Counted from the first letter of the stretch, positions 1 through 12,476 are shown. The stretch is 64,000 nt of DNA from Hamiltosporidium tvaerminnensis FI-OER-3-3 (GCA_022605425.2 CM061246.1:124001-188000), one strand, 5' to 3'. Numbers and translations: made by a program. Notes: a model not told the origin generated them from the letters alone.

Positions 1-457
1 GCCTTGCGCACTCGATTTAGAAGACTTAACGCTTGAGAGATATAAAAATAAAACCCTTTGAAGCAGGAAAAGCTAAGTAGCAGGTTATACCTGTTGGTAT
101 GACATTGCACTGTCTAGGTGAAACCCATGTAAGTCTCCGAAATATATCTTATATGAAGCTTATCGGTTTCGAAAATGTAGAATAAATGGTACTGAGCATA
201 GTCTTGGTAAACTCAAGTGAGTTTTTAACTAGGATTACACTTCATGTAACTGACATTAACGAACTCTGGACACCTGAACCGCTCATTGAGTTGGTTCCAT
301 ACGTACAGATGAAAGGCTTCGAGATTTAGGTATCTTAGGGGTACTAATAGAGTGCTGGGGCTGCTATTAGATGTAAACCCGAAACTGCGTAATGTCATGA
401 AAACAAAAATAACTTATGTCACTGTTTTAAAAAGATGTGATATTTTTATATAAAGTC
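1..457 (+). mobile_element. Family A non-coding retroposon, 3' part (cut by window edge)
   Basis: Aligns to 39260-39731 (cactcgatttagaagactt ... tatacctgttggtatgacattgcactgtctaggtg ... aaagatgtgat...taaagtc). Confidence 0.9.
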
Positions 458-1548
458 ATTATTTTTTGAAATAGAAAACCTTTGTATTAAAATAATTCAA
501 ACATGTTTAGGATTCAGTAAAGACATTAAATATGTAACTGATATACATTCTAACTTGATTTTTATATGACATGAACATTCTCTTATTTTAATGTAAGAGG
601 ACGGTTTGGTAATATTTTAGTTCTAGTAAAACCGGTTTGAATTTAAGAATTGCCGTATATTACATATGAACATATTTTAAGAAAATGTGTTAAATCTTTT
701 TCTTATAAATATTTACACAGTTTAAGTTAATCCAATTTTATATTTTTAAAACGAATTAGGAGTCACTCTGTTCAATAAATTCTTGAAAATGAATATGTGA
801 AATAAAAGTAAAAACCAGGTTAAAAACTGATGTCAAGATTCGGAATAATATACTAAATGAATTTATTTTAGATAAAAAATTATAATTGAAAGCACTCATC
901 GGAATAAAAATAGTTCTTTAGTTGATATTTAAGTCAAATTTCCAAAGCTGAAAATTTGAGAGGAACACTATGGCAAATCTCTTTTGTCTTATCCTTGATT
1001 ATTTTTCTAATACTTCTTATGAGATAAGCATATATGGTAATACTACTAATAGCATAAAATGCATCTTAAGGAACTTTATTATCATACAGAATAGAGATAT
1101 ACATATAAAAGATAATATTTAAATAAATAAATAAATTCGATTATTTCAATCGAAGAAAGGAAATTTTATAATCAGCATAACCGAAGATTTTGAAGGATAA
1201 GGAAATTATTCATTTAAAATTTGTGGGATAAGAATGTTTTCTAACTAAATATTTACAGGACCAGTAAAGAATCAAAATTCCTTCAACATAGAAAGTAACT
1301 ATAGCTTATGAAACTTCTAGAAATAATATGACAAAAAACAAACCTAAAAAATATTAATTTTAAGAACTACAAGACAGAGAAATAAAGTTCGTAAAAGTGT
1401 GAAACCACGGAAAACCATTTATATACAAAACTATTATATATATAAAATAATTTGGTATTATTTAATTTCTTTTTAATTTTTGTTTAGTCTAGAACTTTTA
1501 AGTGGGTTTTAATTTGGTTTTAATCATAAAGGTTGCCACCCTTTAAAA

Positions 1549-3014
1549 ATGAAAATTTCAAAGAAAATGTTAACAAAATCCGAAAAAATAATTTTTAAAA
1601 AAATAAGAAAATTTGTTACAAATACCGGAATAAATGTTATACCGCGAGTTGCTGGTGGATGGGTTAGAGACAAACTGTTTGGTAACAATAGTAACGATAT
1701 CGATATAGCTGTGGATACAATGTCTGGTTATGAATTTGCTACAAAATTAAAGGATTATTATTCCGAAGATCTTTTTTTTCTAGAATTGGCAAAATTAAAG
1801 AAAATCCCGAACAATCTAAGCATTTAGAAACTGCGGTAATGAAAATAAATTGTATTTTTGTCGATTTTGTTTGCCTAAGATCAGAGCTATACATGGATTC
1901 AAGAATTCCTCAAATAAAAATAGGAACACCTAAAGATGATGCATTAAGAAGAGATTTGACAATAAATTCTTTATTTTATAATTTAATGACTCAGGAAATA
2001 GAAGACTTTACCGAAAAAGGTATTCAAGATTTGAAAAATAAAATTATAAGAACACCTTTATGTCCGTTAATAACTTTTAGAGATGATCCTTTAAGAATAT
2101 TAAGAATAATGAGATTTGCTGCTCGATTTAATTTTAAAATTGTTCCCGAAATAAAAATAGCATTACAAAACAAAGAAATACACGATGCTTTGCTCACCAA
2201 AATTTCAATTGAAAGAATACAAATTGAGATTAACAAAATTATAAACTTTAAAAGATCTTCAATGGTCTTCCTTTGGGTTTTCAAGTACAATCTTTATAAT
2301 TCTATTTTTAAAGATGATACCGTATATGATAATAAAAAAGCAAAATTATTTATAAAAATTATTAGTCAAATTAAAAGTATATTTGTTTTGCCAGTTAAGA
2401 AAATAAAAAGTACCAAAAAAAATAATTCTTACCGTATTCAAGACAAAGATTTGGATTTAAAGGATGTATTAGAACATCATCATCCTGTTAATTGTGTGAT
2501 TTTAAATATTTACAAAGGAATATTTTTAAATATTGGTGTTATTGTTCAATCAAAGAAACCAACTTTTAAAAATTATTTGATTTGCAAAGAAAATTTGAAG
2601 TTTCCCAACAAATTTTGTGATTTAATACAGAAAATTGAAGAAAACTTTCTTTTTTTAGAAAAAAACATTGCTATTTTTGATTTAACTATTTTAAACTGTA
2701 TAATATTAATAAGAAAAATGAAAAATTCATGGTTAGAGACTTTCCTCTTGTTTATTTCTATTCAAAAACTAAATGAAAATGTAGTTTTAGAAGAAAAAGC
2801 AGTACTTTTTCTAAGCTTTATATGTAAAAATAACCTATGTCATTGTTATGATATTATTCCACTCGTCAGAGGTAAAGATGTAGGCAGATTAACAAATGAT
2901 AAAACGAAATATTCTGTATTATTAGAAAAAGCCATTGAACATCAAATTTTACATAAAAGTAAATCTAAACGTGAAATATTAGAATATTTAAGAAGTGAAT
3001 TGAATAATATTTGA
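1549..3014 (+). CDS. CCA1: CCA tRNA nucleotidyltransferase, split by a 1-nt frameshift at the T8 run 1772-1779
   Basis: Motifs RVAGGWVRDKL, DIDIA, DALRRDLTIN, DDPLRILR. The second frame reads SRIGKIKENPEQSKHLETA right after the T run. CCC motif before ATG. Confidence 0.92.
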
Positions 3015-3249
3015 ATCACATATCTCGAACCCATATTTTTCGAAAATTAATCTATTTGTATTTTTTGAATTATTTATATATTAATTAAAGTATAAACATA
3101 TATTTGGTTAAACTATAATTTCTTTTTTAAATGACATTTTTTTTCTTAGTTAACGATCGAATACATGTCATAGATGATTTATATATTCGCTATATTTCTT
3201 ATTATCTTTTCTTAACATCGATTCTTTATGTTGAATGTAGTTAGCTTAA

Positions 3250-3770
3250 GATGAAAAACAAGGTCTACTTTATACTGCATAACTTAATTGATGTAAGATA
3301 TATAAGAGAAAATACAAAAAAGTTATATAGAGCTAACAAACGATCGTTTACAATATACTGGTTTAAACTTGGTTAATGACGAAAATAGATGAAACTAACC
3401 TGAACACATGGCAAAGAAAGATACTTCATGGAAAAATAAGCCCAAGATTATCAAAAACGTGTGGAAAATAGGAAAGAAACAATAATTCATGATCTCTATC
3501 CTAAATTAAATTTGGTTGCGGGAATATAAAAAGGAAGGTTAGGATGACTAGGACACGTGGTAAGAATGGCACCAAATCGGATTTAAGTCAATTATACGAA
3601 TAAACTCAATTGAAAAGGAAGGAAAGATAGACCACGGAACAAAATGAATTGATGCTGAAAAAAATAGTTAAGAATGCTTAATCTGAGGCAATGGAAGACA
3701 AATGCACAAAAAAAGTAGAATAATGAAAGATATTTAAAGAGGCACAAGCTCTTTAGAAGCCGTAGCGCCA
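3250..3770 (+). mobile_element. Decayed RTE-clade LINE 3' fragment
   Basis: Broken translation gives W..TK.DE..L..W.RKIL, GRLG*LGHVVRM (RLRWLGHV.RM motif) and DRPR. Ends in gccgtagcgcc, an RTE-type 3' end. Confidence 0.7.
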
Positions 3771-3857
3771 CTTATTTGTAATGGTACCTAGCTTAATAAT
3801 CATCTCGTATTTAAAGAATAGGGTTTATATTGCCAAAAAAAACAAATCCTAGACATT

Positions 3858-4081
3858 CCCCACCATGCCAGAAGCAGAATTGGCTTGTTGTATTCTTCTT
3901 GTCGTAAGAGGCGACTAAAAGGGACTGATCCTCCATGTTGGGGTTGGGCGTAGGGCTAACAACTCACCCTTTAAAACCATCTTGTTACGAAAGGCGATAA
4001 GTAAACAAACCCACTGGAAAAAGACCGGTGGGCGATATTACTGAGGGAGGACAGGGCTGTAGTGCCAAGGATAAATGAATG
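3858..4081 (+). mobile_element. Family B ~230 bp RTE-derived SINE-like element
   Basis: tgtcgtaagaggcgactaaaaggg head motif, gggctgtagtgcc plus (TGAA)n tail, 13 bp TSD aatcctagacatt at 3845-3857 and 4082-4094. Confidence 0.88.
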
Positions 4082-4320
4082 AATCCTAGACATTATAATA
4101 TACTTTGTTTTCGTAAACATTCAATCATTAATACGTTTAATGGCAATTAATTGCACAAATAAATTTTTTATGGTGCCATAAACTTTCTATAATATTTCCT
4201 AAAAAAAGGTGTATTTTTTTAACATATATTCTATTCTCAAAACTACAAACTATTTTTGGTATTAAATTCACGCCAAGAAATATATTTTCTATTAATATTA
4301 TATGCAATTATTTTTATTTT

Positions 4321-5010
4321 GGTGGAAAGAGAAGCACCACATTAAAAATTATTTGCTTGCTAATGTTTATGTGAAATGAATGAAAGACATTGCTCGGGTT
4401 TTTTCTATGATTAAAATAACACTAAATTTTCGGTTGATCCATAGAAATTTTTGAATGAGAAGAAGTTCTATAAAATGATGATTTTTTTCCTACAACCTTA
4501 GTCTAATCTTTTATGTGACTAGATTGCAAATCTCTGCTCAACTTTTAATTACTTTTCACGTAACAACATGGATCCTAGCTTTGCTCAATTTGGTGAGAAT
4601 ACTTGGCGCTTGGGAGATACGGCAATAAAACTCTTAAAAATACCAGGAAAGCCAAGTATTATGTTCACTTTTGGTATGAAACAGCAATGCCTTGGTAGAC
4701 AAATGTAGGAGGCGTGGAAATATACATTAGCTGGATCTTTATTCGGTGGGAAAGTGTAGATTACGTAAGAGCACTGGTGATTTTAGAGGCCAAAATGGGT
4801 TGAGCTTCACTATCACACCGAACAACTTCCCTTTTGGAAAAGAGCTATACACACCTTTTAGATGAAATGTCAAGAGATGTAGATATCGTAGGGAATACGA
4901 ATGGAGGTTTAGAGGAAAGTTTATTTATGTTGAATACAGAACTACGTTAATATCATGAAAATAATGTAGCACATACCGCTTTAATAAAAAGATGTGAATT
5001 TATCTATTAA
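4321..5010 (+). mobile_element. Family A, old full-length diverged copy
   Basis: Starts ggtggaaagagaagcaccacattaaaaa; ends agaactacgttaatatcatgaaa...aaaagatgtga. Confidence 0.7.
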
Positions 5011-5650
5011 ATATACATTTAATCATAGAATAATGAAATGAAACATTAAAAAATTTTAATTTATCGATTAAATTCTATTGAAGATAATTGCAAATAAATA
5101 AAAACACAATTTTTGTAAATTTTTGATTCTTGTTTATAGTTTTTTTTTAGGTTACGTTTTACGATCAAAACAACCAAATTTCTGTTTTGTTACATATTTG
5201 ATAGAAAGTTTATGATTAGAACTTTTCTTTAAATTTATTAGTTACATTCTTGCTTCCTCCTTTTTTTGAAAATTTTTTCTTTCAAACTTTTTATAAATTT
5301 AATTTAATCACTAAAATAATCATTAATGTTTTACTTTAAGATCAAATTCTATATTTTTTATATTAAATTTATATTTAAAATAGAAAAGAACTTTTATATT
5401 TCTTTGACCAATTAAGTATCAAAAGAACAAATGGGTTCTAGACAAATTTGTTTTAGAATTATAAAGGGACAATAAATAAAATAAAAGTAAAGTAACACGA
5501 TATAACGTATAAGCAAAAATAGAAATATTTTTTTCTTAAAACTTCTTTTTTTAAAAAAAACATATTTCTTATTTCTTAAAAATATATGAAGAAATAGAAT
5601 GAAAAATCATAAAAAACAAAAAAATTACTTCAACTTTTTACTGACTAATT

Positions 5651-6079
5651 TTACCTTGCAAATGCTTTAAGTTCTCTTCCACGTAACTTAGCAACCAATT
5701 GAATATCCCGTGACATAACAGTGACCCTTTTTGCGTGTGTTGCGCAACAATTTGCATCTTCAAATATTCCGACAAGAAAAGCTTCTGTGGCCTCATGGAG
5801 AGAGGCAAGGGCAGATGCTTGGAAACGAGAGTCGGTTTTAAACTGTTGTGTTATGGCTCTACAGAATCTTTGAAATGGAAGTTTTCTTATCAATAATTCT
5901 GTACTTTTTTGGTAGCGTCTGATTTCCTTCAAGGCAACTGTTCCCGGCTTATATCTGGGTCTCTTTATTCCAGTGGTTGGTACTGCCACCGAACTCTTTC
6001 GTGCTGCCTTCGTTGCCAGCTGCTTTCGTGGTGCTTTTCCTCCTGTCGATTTTCGTGCTGTCTGTTTTGTTCTCGCCAT
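5651..6079 (-). CDS. H3: Histone H3
   Basis: [28 protein letters not shown] tail and histone fold; CCC motif upstream. Confidence 0.98.
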   Translation of the reverse strand: MARTKQTARKSTGGKAPRKQLATKAARKSSVAVPTTGIKRPRYKPGTVALKEIRRYQKSTELLIRKLPFQRFCRAITQQFKTDSRFQASALASLHEATEAFLVGIFEDANCCATHAKRVTVMSRDIQLVAKLRGRELKAFAR

Positions 6080-6949
6080 TTATGTGATGGGTATTTTGAT
6101 TTATTTTTATAGTTTTAGAAAAAAATAAATTGCAAAAAAGGAGAAACTGATAAGAAATGTTTCAGTACGAAACAATAAAATTTATTATAATTATATACAA
6201 AAGGGTCCTTTTATTATTGAAGGGGGGGTAAATTATATTTTTCTTTTTTACTTATTTAAATTAAAATTAAATATTTAATTTTCTAAAAAAAAATACGAAA
6301 TAATATTTTTTCTTATTTCTTTTTGATTTGCTTTTTCTTTATCTAACAAATGATTATGTTTCATTCTTTTCAGATGTAATTTTATATAATTTAAAATTAA
6401 AAGATTGCATTTTATTTGTTTATTCCTCTTCTAATTCTATTCTAATTATCTTATATTTCTGATTTGTTATATATTTCAGCTATAATTCTCATTTATTTCG
6501 TTTATATTACGTTGCTGTTTCCATTTAAATTTACAATTTATTTTGTTCTTTATTTATATTTTAATGGAAAGAATTGTAATTTATTTTACGTTTTTAGATA
6601 TTTTTTAGTTTTAGATTAAGAATGATTTTATTCAGCGGGGTTAGATCGAATTGCTCATGTTGCCTAGTTTAATTTATTGGAAACTTAGTTTTATTAGAAT
6701 TTAACAAAATAATAATATTTTTTATTTTTATTGTTTGATTTACTATAAATAGAATAGAAATGTATTTTGATTAAAAATGTTTTTTTAAAAAAAATTTGAT
6801 TAGAAATATAAAAAAGAAAAAATTGCTTGAGTATTCGTTAAAAAAGACTTTGATTAAAATGATGAATATCAAAGATAAAATATATATAAAAAATGTTTTT
6901 TTGCGCCAAAAATTTCAAATTATTTTTTTAGAAGGGTGAAAAATTTTAT

Positions 6950-7545
6950 TTAATAAAATTCTGGGTTAAAATGATTTTACGATTTTTTTATGCATTTTGT
7001 TCTACCTCTTCTACCTCTATCGTTTCTTCTTCCAAATCCGACTCTTCATTTATATTTATCGGCGGTTCCTCCTTCTGAAATAAGGGATGTATTTTTTCTT
7101 ATTTTCTGTTTTAACACCATCTTCCCCTCTACTTGCTTGTTTTAAAGGGGGTGTTGGTTCCTCATGCATCTCTGCTCTCATAATAACACCCATTGACGCT
7201 CTCTCCCAGCTCTCTTCGGCATTTAGTCCTGACTCAAGTCCTCTTCGTCGATCAAAGGAAATTGTTTCGACTGTCATCTTAATTACTATAGACTGAATGT
7301 ACGCCTCTACATTCATGGGTATTTCTAGTCTTTTAAGATGTAACTTATGGTATTTTGTCACAATACCGTCCCAGGTCATCACATAAGGGATTATCTCAAC
7401 ACTACACTTATAAATAAGACCCAACTCATTGGCTAGCAAGTCATACTTCCTAACTTTCTTTGTTTAAACCATTTGAAGTGAATCTTGGGAAGTAATTCCT
7501 ACTTCAATCAGTGTTATCTTATTCTTCTTATCTAATATAAATATA
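6950..7545 (-). mobile_element. Family C RLE-type non-LTR retrotransposon, 5'-truncated 3' end
   Basis: EVGIT and RKYDLLANEL C-terminal RLE region; shared 3' terminus (+ strand ttaataaaattctgggttaaa) with 49038 and 56720. Confidence 0.88.
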
Positions 7546-7952
7546 TCAAGGTTCGAAAAAAAACATCATCTTGTGTTATAAATTGAGCTTATATGCCCGA
7601 ACAAACAAGACTATCTAGAAAGTAACAAAGTAACTATTGAGATGGTGTTATAGCAAGTGTAAACCCAAATTAAGATTTTTGTTTTTAATGCAGGCACCAT
7701 TTTTAAAGAGAAGCAAACTAATATCAAGGGCCTCATTTAGAAAGATTTAAATAAGGCGATTAAAGCGTTGGAAAGAGAACATATAAGCAGAGGAAAACAT
7801 TTGGTTTAACTCAAAATTCTATTAAATAATCATTCATGCGTAAATTTTTTTTATTGAGAAAAAAATCAAACAGAATATAAATTACACACCATTTTAGTTT
7901 TTTGTTAATTAAATTTAAATAAAAAATTAAAAAGTTTCCCATAAAAAAATAA

Positions 7953-8954
7953 ATGAAAATTTTCTTTTTATTTATCGTGGTTTTTACAAATACAAAAGTA
8001 TATTCTTCTATAAAACAAAAGATTATATCATTCAATTCGGAAATACATGGTGATCTTAAAATTTTGTGTGAATCTGATTTTTTTTCTAAAATACGTATAA
8101 ACTTGAATGGTAAATGTAATTATAATTTTGGAAAAAAATGTGGATTATTTTCATGTAATGTACCGGAGCAAAGTAAAATAAATCAAAAAATTAATAATAA
8201 TGATTTATATTGTAAAAATGATGGAACAGAAGGTGTATGTATTGACCTGATAAAAATCAAAGAAATATTTACTGGCTATAAAAAAGAATCTGGCGAGGTT
8301 TGGAAAAAAATATATGAATTAGCTTGTAAAAATAAAGATATAATGAAAATAATAAGTGGAATACATTATTCAGTATGTATTCATATGTGTAAATTTTATA
8401 GAATCAATAGAAAGGGTGAATATATTGCAAATACATGGATGTTTCATAAAAAGAAAAATTTAAATTATGAAATCAATCTATACTTCGCATTTTTATTTAT
8501 TTCTAGTTTTTTTAAGGCAAATAATTTCAATGTGGAAATTTTGAAAAGCAGTTTGAAAAACAACGAATTGAAATCGTTTTTTAGAGTTTCTAAATTAGTA
8601 GACCTTCATGTTTGGACCAATACAAATATAAATTTATCAAGTATTTCAGAAATTCTCAATCTTTTAAATTGTCTTGGATGTGAGAGATGTAAACTTTGGA
8701 GTAAAATACAATTTGGTGGCGTAGAAACAGCAATAAAACTTTCAAATGAAATTGAAATATCAGAGAACGATTTGATTTACTTTGTAAATCTTTTATATAA
8801 ACTAAGCAGTTCTATAAAAATCAGCCACGAATTTGAAAAAATTAAGTTTCCTTTTATGTGTTACTTCAATATTTACAAAATTGAAATCTTCACTATTATA
8901 ATTTCATTAAGCCTTTTCTATCTTCTAAGAGATAAAAACAAATGTACGGAATAA
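7953..8954 (+). CDS. ERO1: ER oxidoreductin Ero1
   Basis: Signal-peptide-like N-terminus, CxxxxC (CGLFSC), ISGIHYS, C-terminal CLGCERCKLWSKIQ (CxxCxxC active site). Confidence 0.9.
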   Translation: MKIFFLFIVVFTNTKVYSSIKQKIISFNSEIHGDLKILCESDFFSKIRINLNGKCNYNFGKKCGLFSCNVPEQSKINQKINNNDLYCKNDGTEGVCIDLIKIKEIFTGYKKESGEVWKKIYELACKNKDIMKIISGIHYSVCIHMCKFYRINRKGEYIANTWMFHKKKNLNYEINLYFAFLFISSFFKANNFNVEILKSSLKNNELKSFFRVSKLVDLHVWTNTNINLSSISEILNLLNCLGCERCKLWSKIQFGGVETAIKLSNEIEISENDLIYFVNLLYKLSSSIKISHEFEKIKFPFMCYFNIYKIEIFTIIISLSLFYLLRDKNKCTE

Positions 8955-9454
8955 CAAAATGTAAATAAAGATTTATAAATATTTAATTCTATATTTTATC
9001 GCTTTTCAAATTTCTTTAAAAAACCCAAATTAATATTATAATCTTGCTCCTTATTTTTCTTATTCCTAAATCATGACACTATTTAAAATAAACATATCTA
9101 GTTTGTCCTTTATTATTTTGGAGTAATATTTTATTTTTTTCTATTGTTTCTATAAGAATATACTGTCAAATTCGTATGTATTTTTTCAAACTATACTTGA
9201 TTAAAGTCAGTGAAAACTTTTTATTTATATTTTTTGTAATCTAAAAAAAAGCATAAAAATAATTCATTTAAAAATCTTAAAGAAAGTTAGAAGAAAGTAT
9301 TTTTTTTTATTGTTGCTTACTCTTATACTATAATTTATTTATATCAAAATTTAAAATCATTTCTTACCCTGACATGATGAAACCCAAATTTCATTAAATC
9401 AGTAAAATTAAAATAATAACGAAAGTAATAATGAAAGACAATGGTAAGAGTAAG

Positions 9455-9589
9455 TAGATTTTAAATATTGGAATTCATCTAATTCAATAATTCGTTTATT
9501 GGATCTGTGAATAACAAAATTAGTAAGACTAAATAGATTTTAATAATTGAAGATCATCTAATTCAATATTCGTTTATAGGATCTGTGAA
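9455..9589. repeat. Imperfect direct repeat, ~55 bp x2
   Basis: tagatttta...tcatctaattcaata.ttcgtttat.ggatctgtgaa at ~9455 and ~9534. Confidence 0.8.
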
Positions 9590-9711
9590 CAAAAAAAGTT
9601 TACCAAATGTAAGATTATGTGTATCCGTATCGGCTCGCAAAATTCAAAAAGAAGAAGAGTGTCTTATTGGTTTGATATAAATTGAAACGCTAGAATTTTT
9701 TTTAGATCCAA

Positions 9712-9909
9712 TCAATGAATAAAGTTTGATGTGAAGGCATGATAAGCTGAATTTCTATGTTTATTTGGCATGCTGCCGTAATTTTCGGGAAGGCAGCTAA
9801 GTTTGAAGTACGTCTCTAACAAGGAGATCGCATTCCTGCTCACTCTTCCTCTGTTGTTGTAAAGTAAAGAATTGTTTTTTTGAAAGTTGTCTTTATTAAT
9901 TTTGTTCAT
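9712..9909 (-). CDS. Small ORF (65 aa) with homeodomain helix-1-like segment; possibly a truncated gene
   Basis: RGRVSRNAISLLETYFKLSCLP; GGGG motif before ATG; decayed paralog at 17576-17720. Confidence 0.4.
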   Translation of the reverse strand: MNKINKDNFQKNNSLLYNNRGRVSRNAISLLETYFKLSCLPENYGSMPNKHRNSAYHAFTSNFIH

Positions 9910-10099
9910 GATGGCACACCCCTCCTTTTTATTTTAAAATATAAAATAAAAATATTATATTTTGTGATATAAATAATATCACACATGCAAAAACAAGATT
10001 ATCTACCAGATATACAACCGATGTCAAATTCAGAATAATATTTTGATAATAATTATTTAGAATAAAAATTGATTGATGATTTATTTATTAGGTCGTAGT

Positions 10100-10660
10100 A
10101 TACGCATGAAATTTGCTTCGAATTGATAGAACAGAAAAGCCAAAGGATTATAAATTATTAGCCAATGATTTGGGTCTTATTTATAAGTGTAGTGTTGAGA
10201 TAATTCCTTATGTGATAACCTGGGACGGTATTTTGACAAAATATATAAGATTATATTAAAAGACTGCAAATACCCGTCTATATAGAGGCACTAGTTAGTC
10301 GATAGTTCACAATAAAACAGTCTAAATCATTTCTTAGGTTGAACAGAGGCTTGAAGTTATGACCCAATTCCGATGAAGGTTAGAAGAGGGTATCATTGTA
10401 TGCCATAGAAAAAACTGAGAGACACGAAAACTCATATTCTCACGCCAAATACATACAAATGAGGATGGCAGGCGAAGAAATACCTAAATTTATGAATCTA
10501 GATGTGGGAATACGATGACCAAATCAATACATTTATTCAAAATATAGAAAAGTAGTCAAAACAAAGAATAGGCAAATGTAAAGAATAGGGAGAATCGGGA
10601 GAAGGGTAGAATAAAACCAGTAATATAGAGTAGTATTCCAGTATTTAATAAATTTTAATA
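10100..10660 (+). mobile_element. Family C decayed 3' fragment
   Basis: ttagccaatgatttgggtcttatttataagtgtagtgttgagataattccttatgtgataacctgggacggt matches the reverse complement of 7365-7437. Confidence 0.8.
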
Positions 10661-10707
10661 AAAATTTACTTAATTAAATTAACTTTAGAAGGTATAAATT
10701 TGTTTTA

Positions 10708-11412
10708 TTAACTGAACTTCCAAGTATTACCACATACGCAGTAAACATATGTTGTCATCGGTTCATCAGCCGACCGTGTCTGTAGTTGACGATAAGTTGC
10801 TTTTCGTTGCTTACATTTAGTACAGAAAAACATATCTGTTTCGGCTTCTTTTTTCGCAATTTGAGAATCAAACAAGCTTTTTTTAATAAAATCTTCTTCT
10901 TTTTCTTTTAATAAATCGCTTTTCATTTCTTCCTGAGACATTGAAATAAATTTTTCGGGCGATATGATGCCCTCGTAAACACTCTTACATAATATTGGGT
11001 TACTTTTGTCTTTTAAATTTAAATATTTACTCCTAACAAGTTTTGCGTCTTTAGATTTATTTAAAGAAGAAATAACAGCCTCCAATTTAATAGAAACAAA
11101 AGCCACCTTTTCGTAGTCCGGCGAATCAATATTATTCGAAATCGCCTCAAAAAAAAGTGAAATAATTTTATTTTTAGTTTGATCTGCTCCAAAGTATTTA
11201 TTAATACATTTTATATCACCTTTGGAAACCCCACTCTCACTCGATATACTATACATCCAATCCTTTACAATGTCAGTAATTTCTTTTGAACTTGTCATTG
11301 AAAGAATATCATTACAAATTTTTGGATCTTCAACATTTTTAATTTTTCTTTTTATTGCAACAATATCATTTTCCAGAATAAGTCGTTTGAATTCTTCTAT
11401 TTCCTTTACCAT
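10708..11412 (-). CDS. DST1: Transcription elongation factor TFIIS (start likely ATG 11412, directly after CCCC)
   Basis: C-terminal Zn ribbon CTKC...QLQTRSADEPMTT...CVCG. Confidence 0.95.
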   Translation of the reverse strand: MVKEIEEFKRLILENDIVAIKRKIKNVEDPKICNDILSMTSSKEITDIVKDWMYSISSESGVSKGDIKCINKYFGADQTKNKIISLFFEAISNNIDSPDYEKVAFVSIKLEAVISSLNKSKDAKLVRSKYLNLKDKSNPILCKSVYEGIISPEKFISMSQEEMKSDLLKEKEEDFIKKSLFDSQIAKKEAETDMFFCTKCKQRKATYRQLQTRSADEPMTTYVYCVCGNTWKFS

Positions 11413-11949
11413 TGGGGTCATGAAAAAATAAATTTTTATATTTTTGCAATGACTTGTCAAAAAAACTTATTGATTGTATATAAAACCATGCATCAACTGT
11501 ATCGTTAAACAATTAAAAAAAAACGAAATCTATAAATTAAGATAAAGGTGTTTCAAAGTACACAAAACAAATTTTATTCAATATTAAATGTTTTTTGAGC
11601 AAAAAAAAGTATTTTTTCAAACTTTAGTAGATCGAAATAAATGTAAATTTGCACCGAATTTCAATATTATATTTCATTTATTTTTACAAAATTTGTAATC
11701 TTTGTTTGAAATTTATTTTAAAGTTGATATAAATTTTACTTTAGCTCTATTAAAGCTTTCTTTACTAAAAACTAATTTTCTTGATATATCATTTGATATT
11801 TACGGCTCTAAATATATAATTTTTAGAAAAATAAGATTCTTTAAAAGTCTTTTTACTCCACATCTTACTTCATTTTATTTGTCTATTATTTATATTTGAC
11901 TATTTTTATATTTTTTGGATCAAATCTTTGAATTATCATCCTATTTACA

Positions 11950-12250
11950 AGTATGACATTGATTTGGGCATTTACTTTTTTAAAGTTTTCTTCGTTATTT
12001 GTGTGTAATTGTAACAGAGTTATGAGTTGTCTGTATCCCTGGCTTCTTCTATGGCATCCAATAGTACCTTTTCTAGCCTTTTTCGGAATCAGGTTATGAA
12101 TCCAATCCTCTTGTTCGAACAAAGATATAGTTATAATTTTATTTTTGAGTAAAATCGATTAAATATTTTTTCTCTATTCTTACTGATTTGAAGCTTTTTA
12201 AGATGGATCATATGGTATTTAGTTAGAATAACTCCAGCTCTTTGCTAAAA
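11950..12250 (-). mobile_element. Family C highly decayed fragment
   Basis: Reverse complement aaataccatatgatccatcttaaaaagcttcaaat resembles family C aaataccataagttacatcttaaaagactagaaat. Confidence 0.55.
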
Positions 12251-12476
12251 GATTATATATCATTCATATGATAAAAAAACATTTTTTTATCGCTAATAAG
12301 TCTTACAATTCTTATTTGCTAAATTTGAAGCCATTTATTGAAAAAATGAATTTTTTTTAAATTTTTGCATAATTCTTGTGTGAAAAATAAATGGAAAAAT
12401 AAAAATAAATTGCATTTTTTTAAAAAAGAAAGAAAAATATTAACCGTATTCGAAGATATATAAATAAAAGAATTAT

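Noticed and set aside
1722-1783. Intron ending at ttttttttctag to repair CCA1
   Set aside because: The nearest frame-restoring GT would delete the conserved MSGYEFA helix and lacks a GTAAGT-like donor
11886-12122. 78 aa ORF with RT-like GCHRRSQG
   Set aside because: The nucleotide sequence is a decayed family C 3' region read out of its original frame
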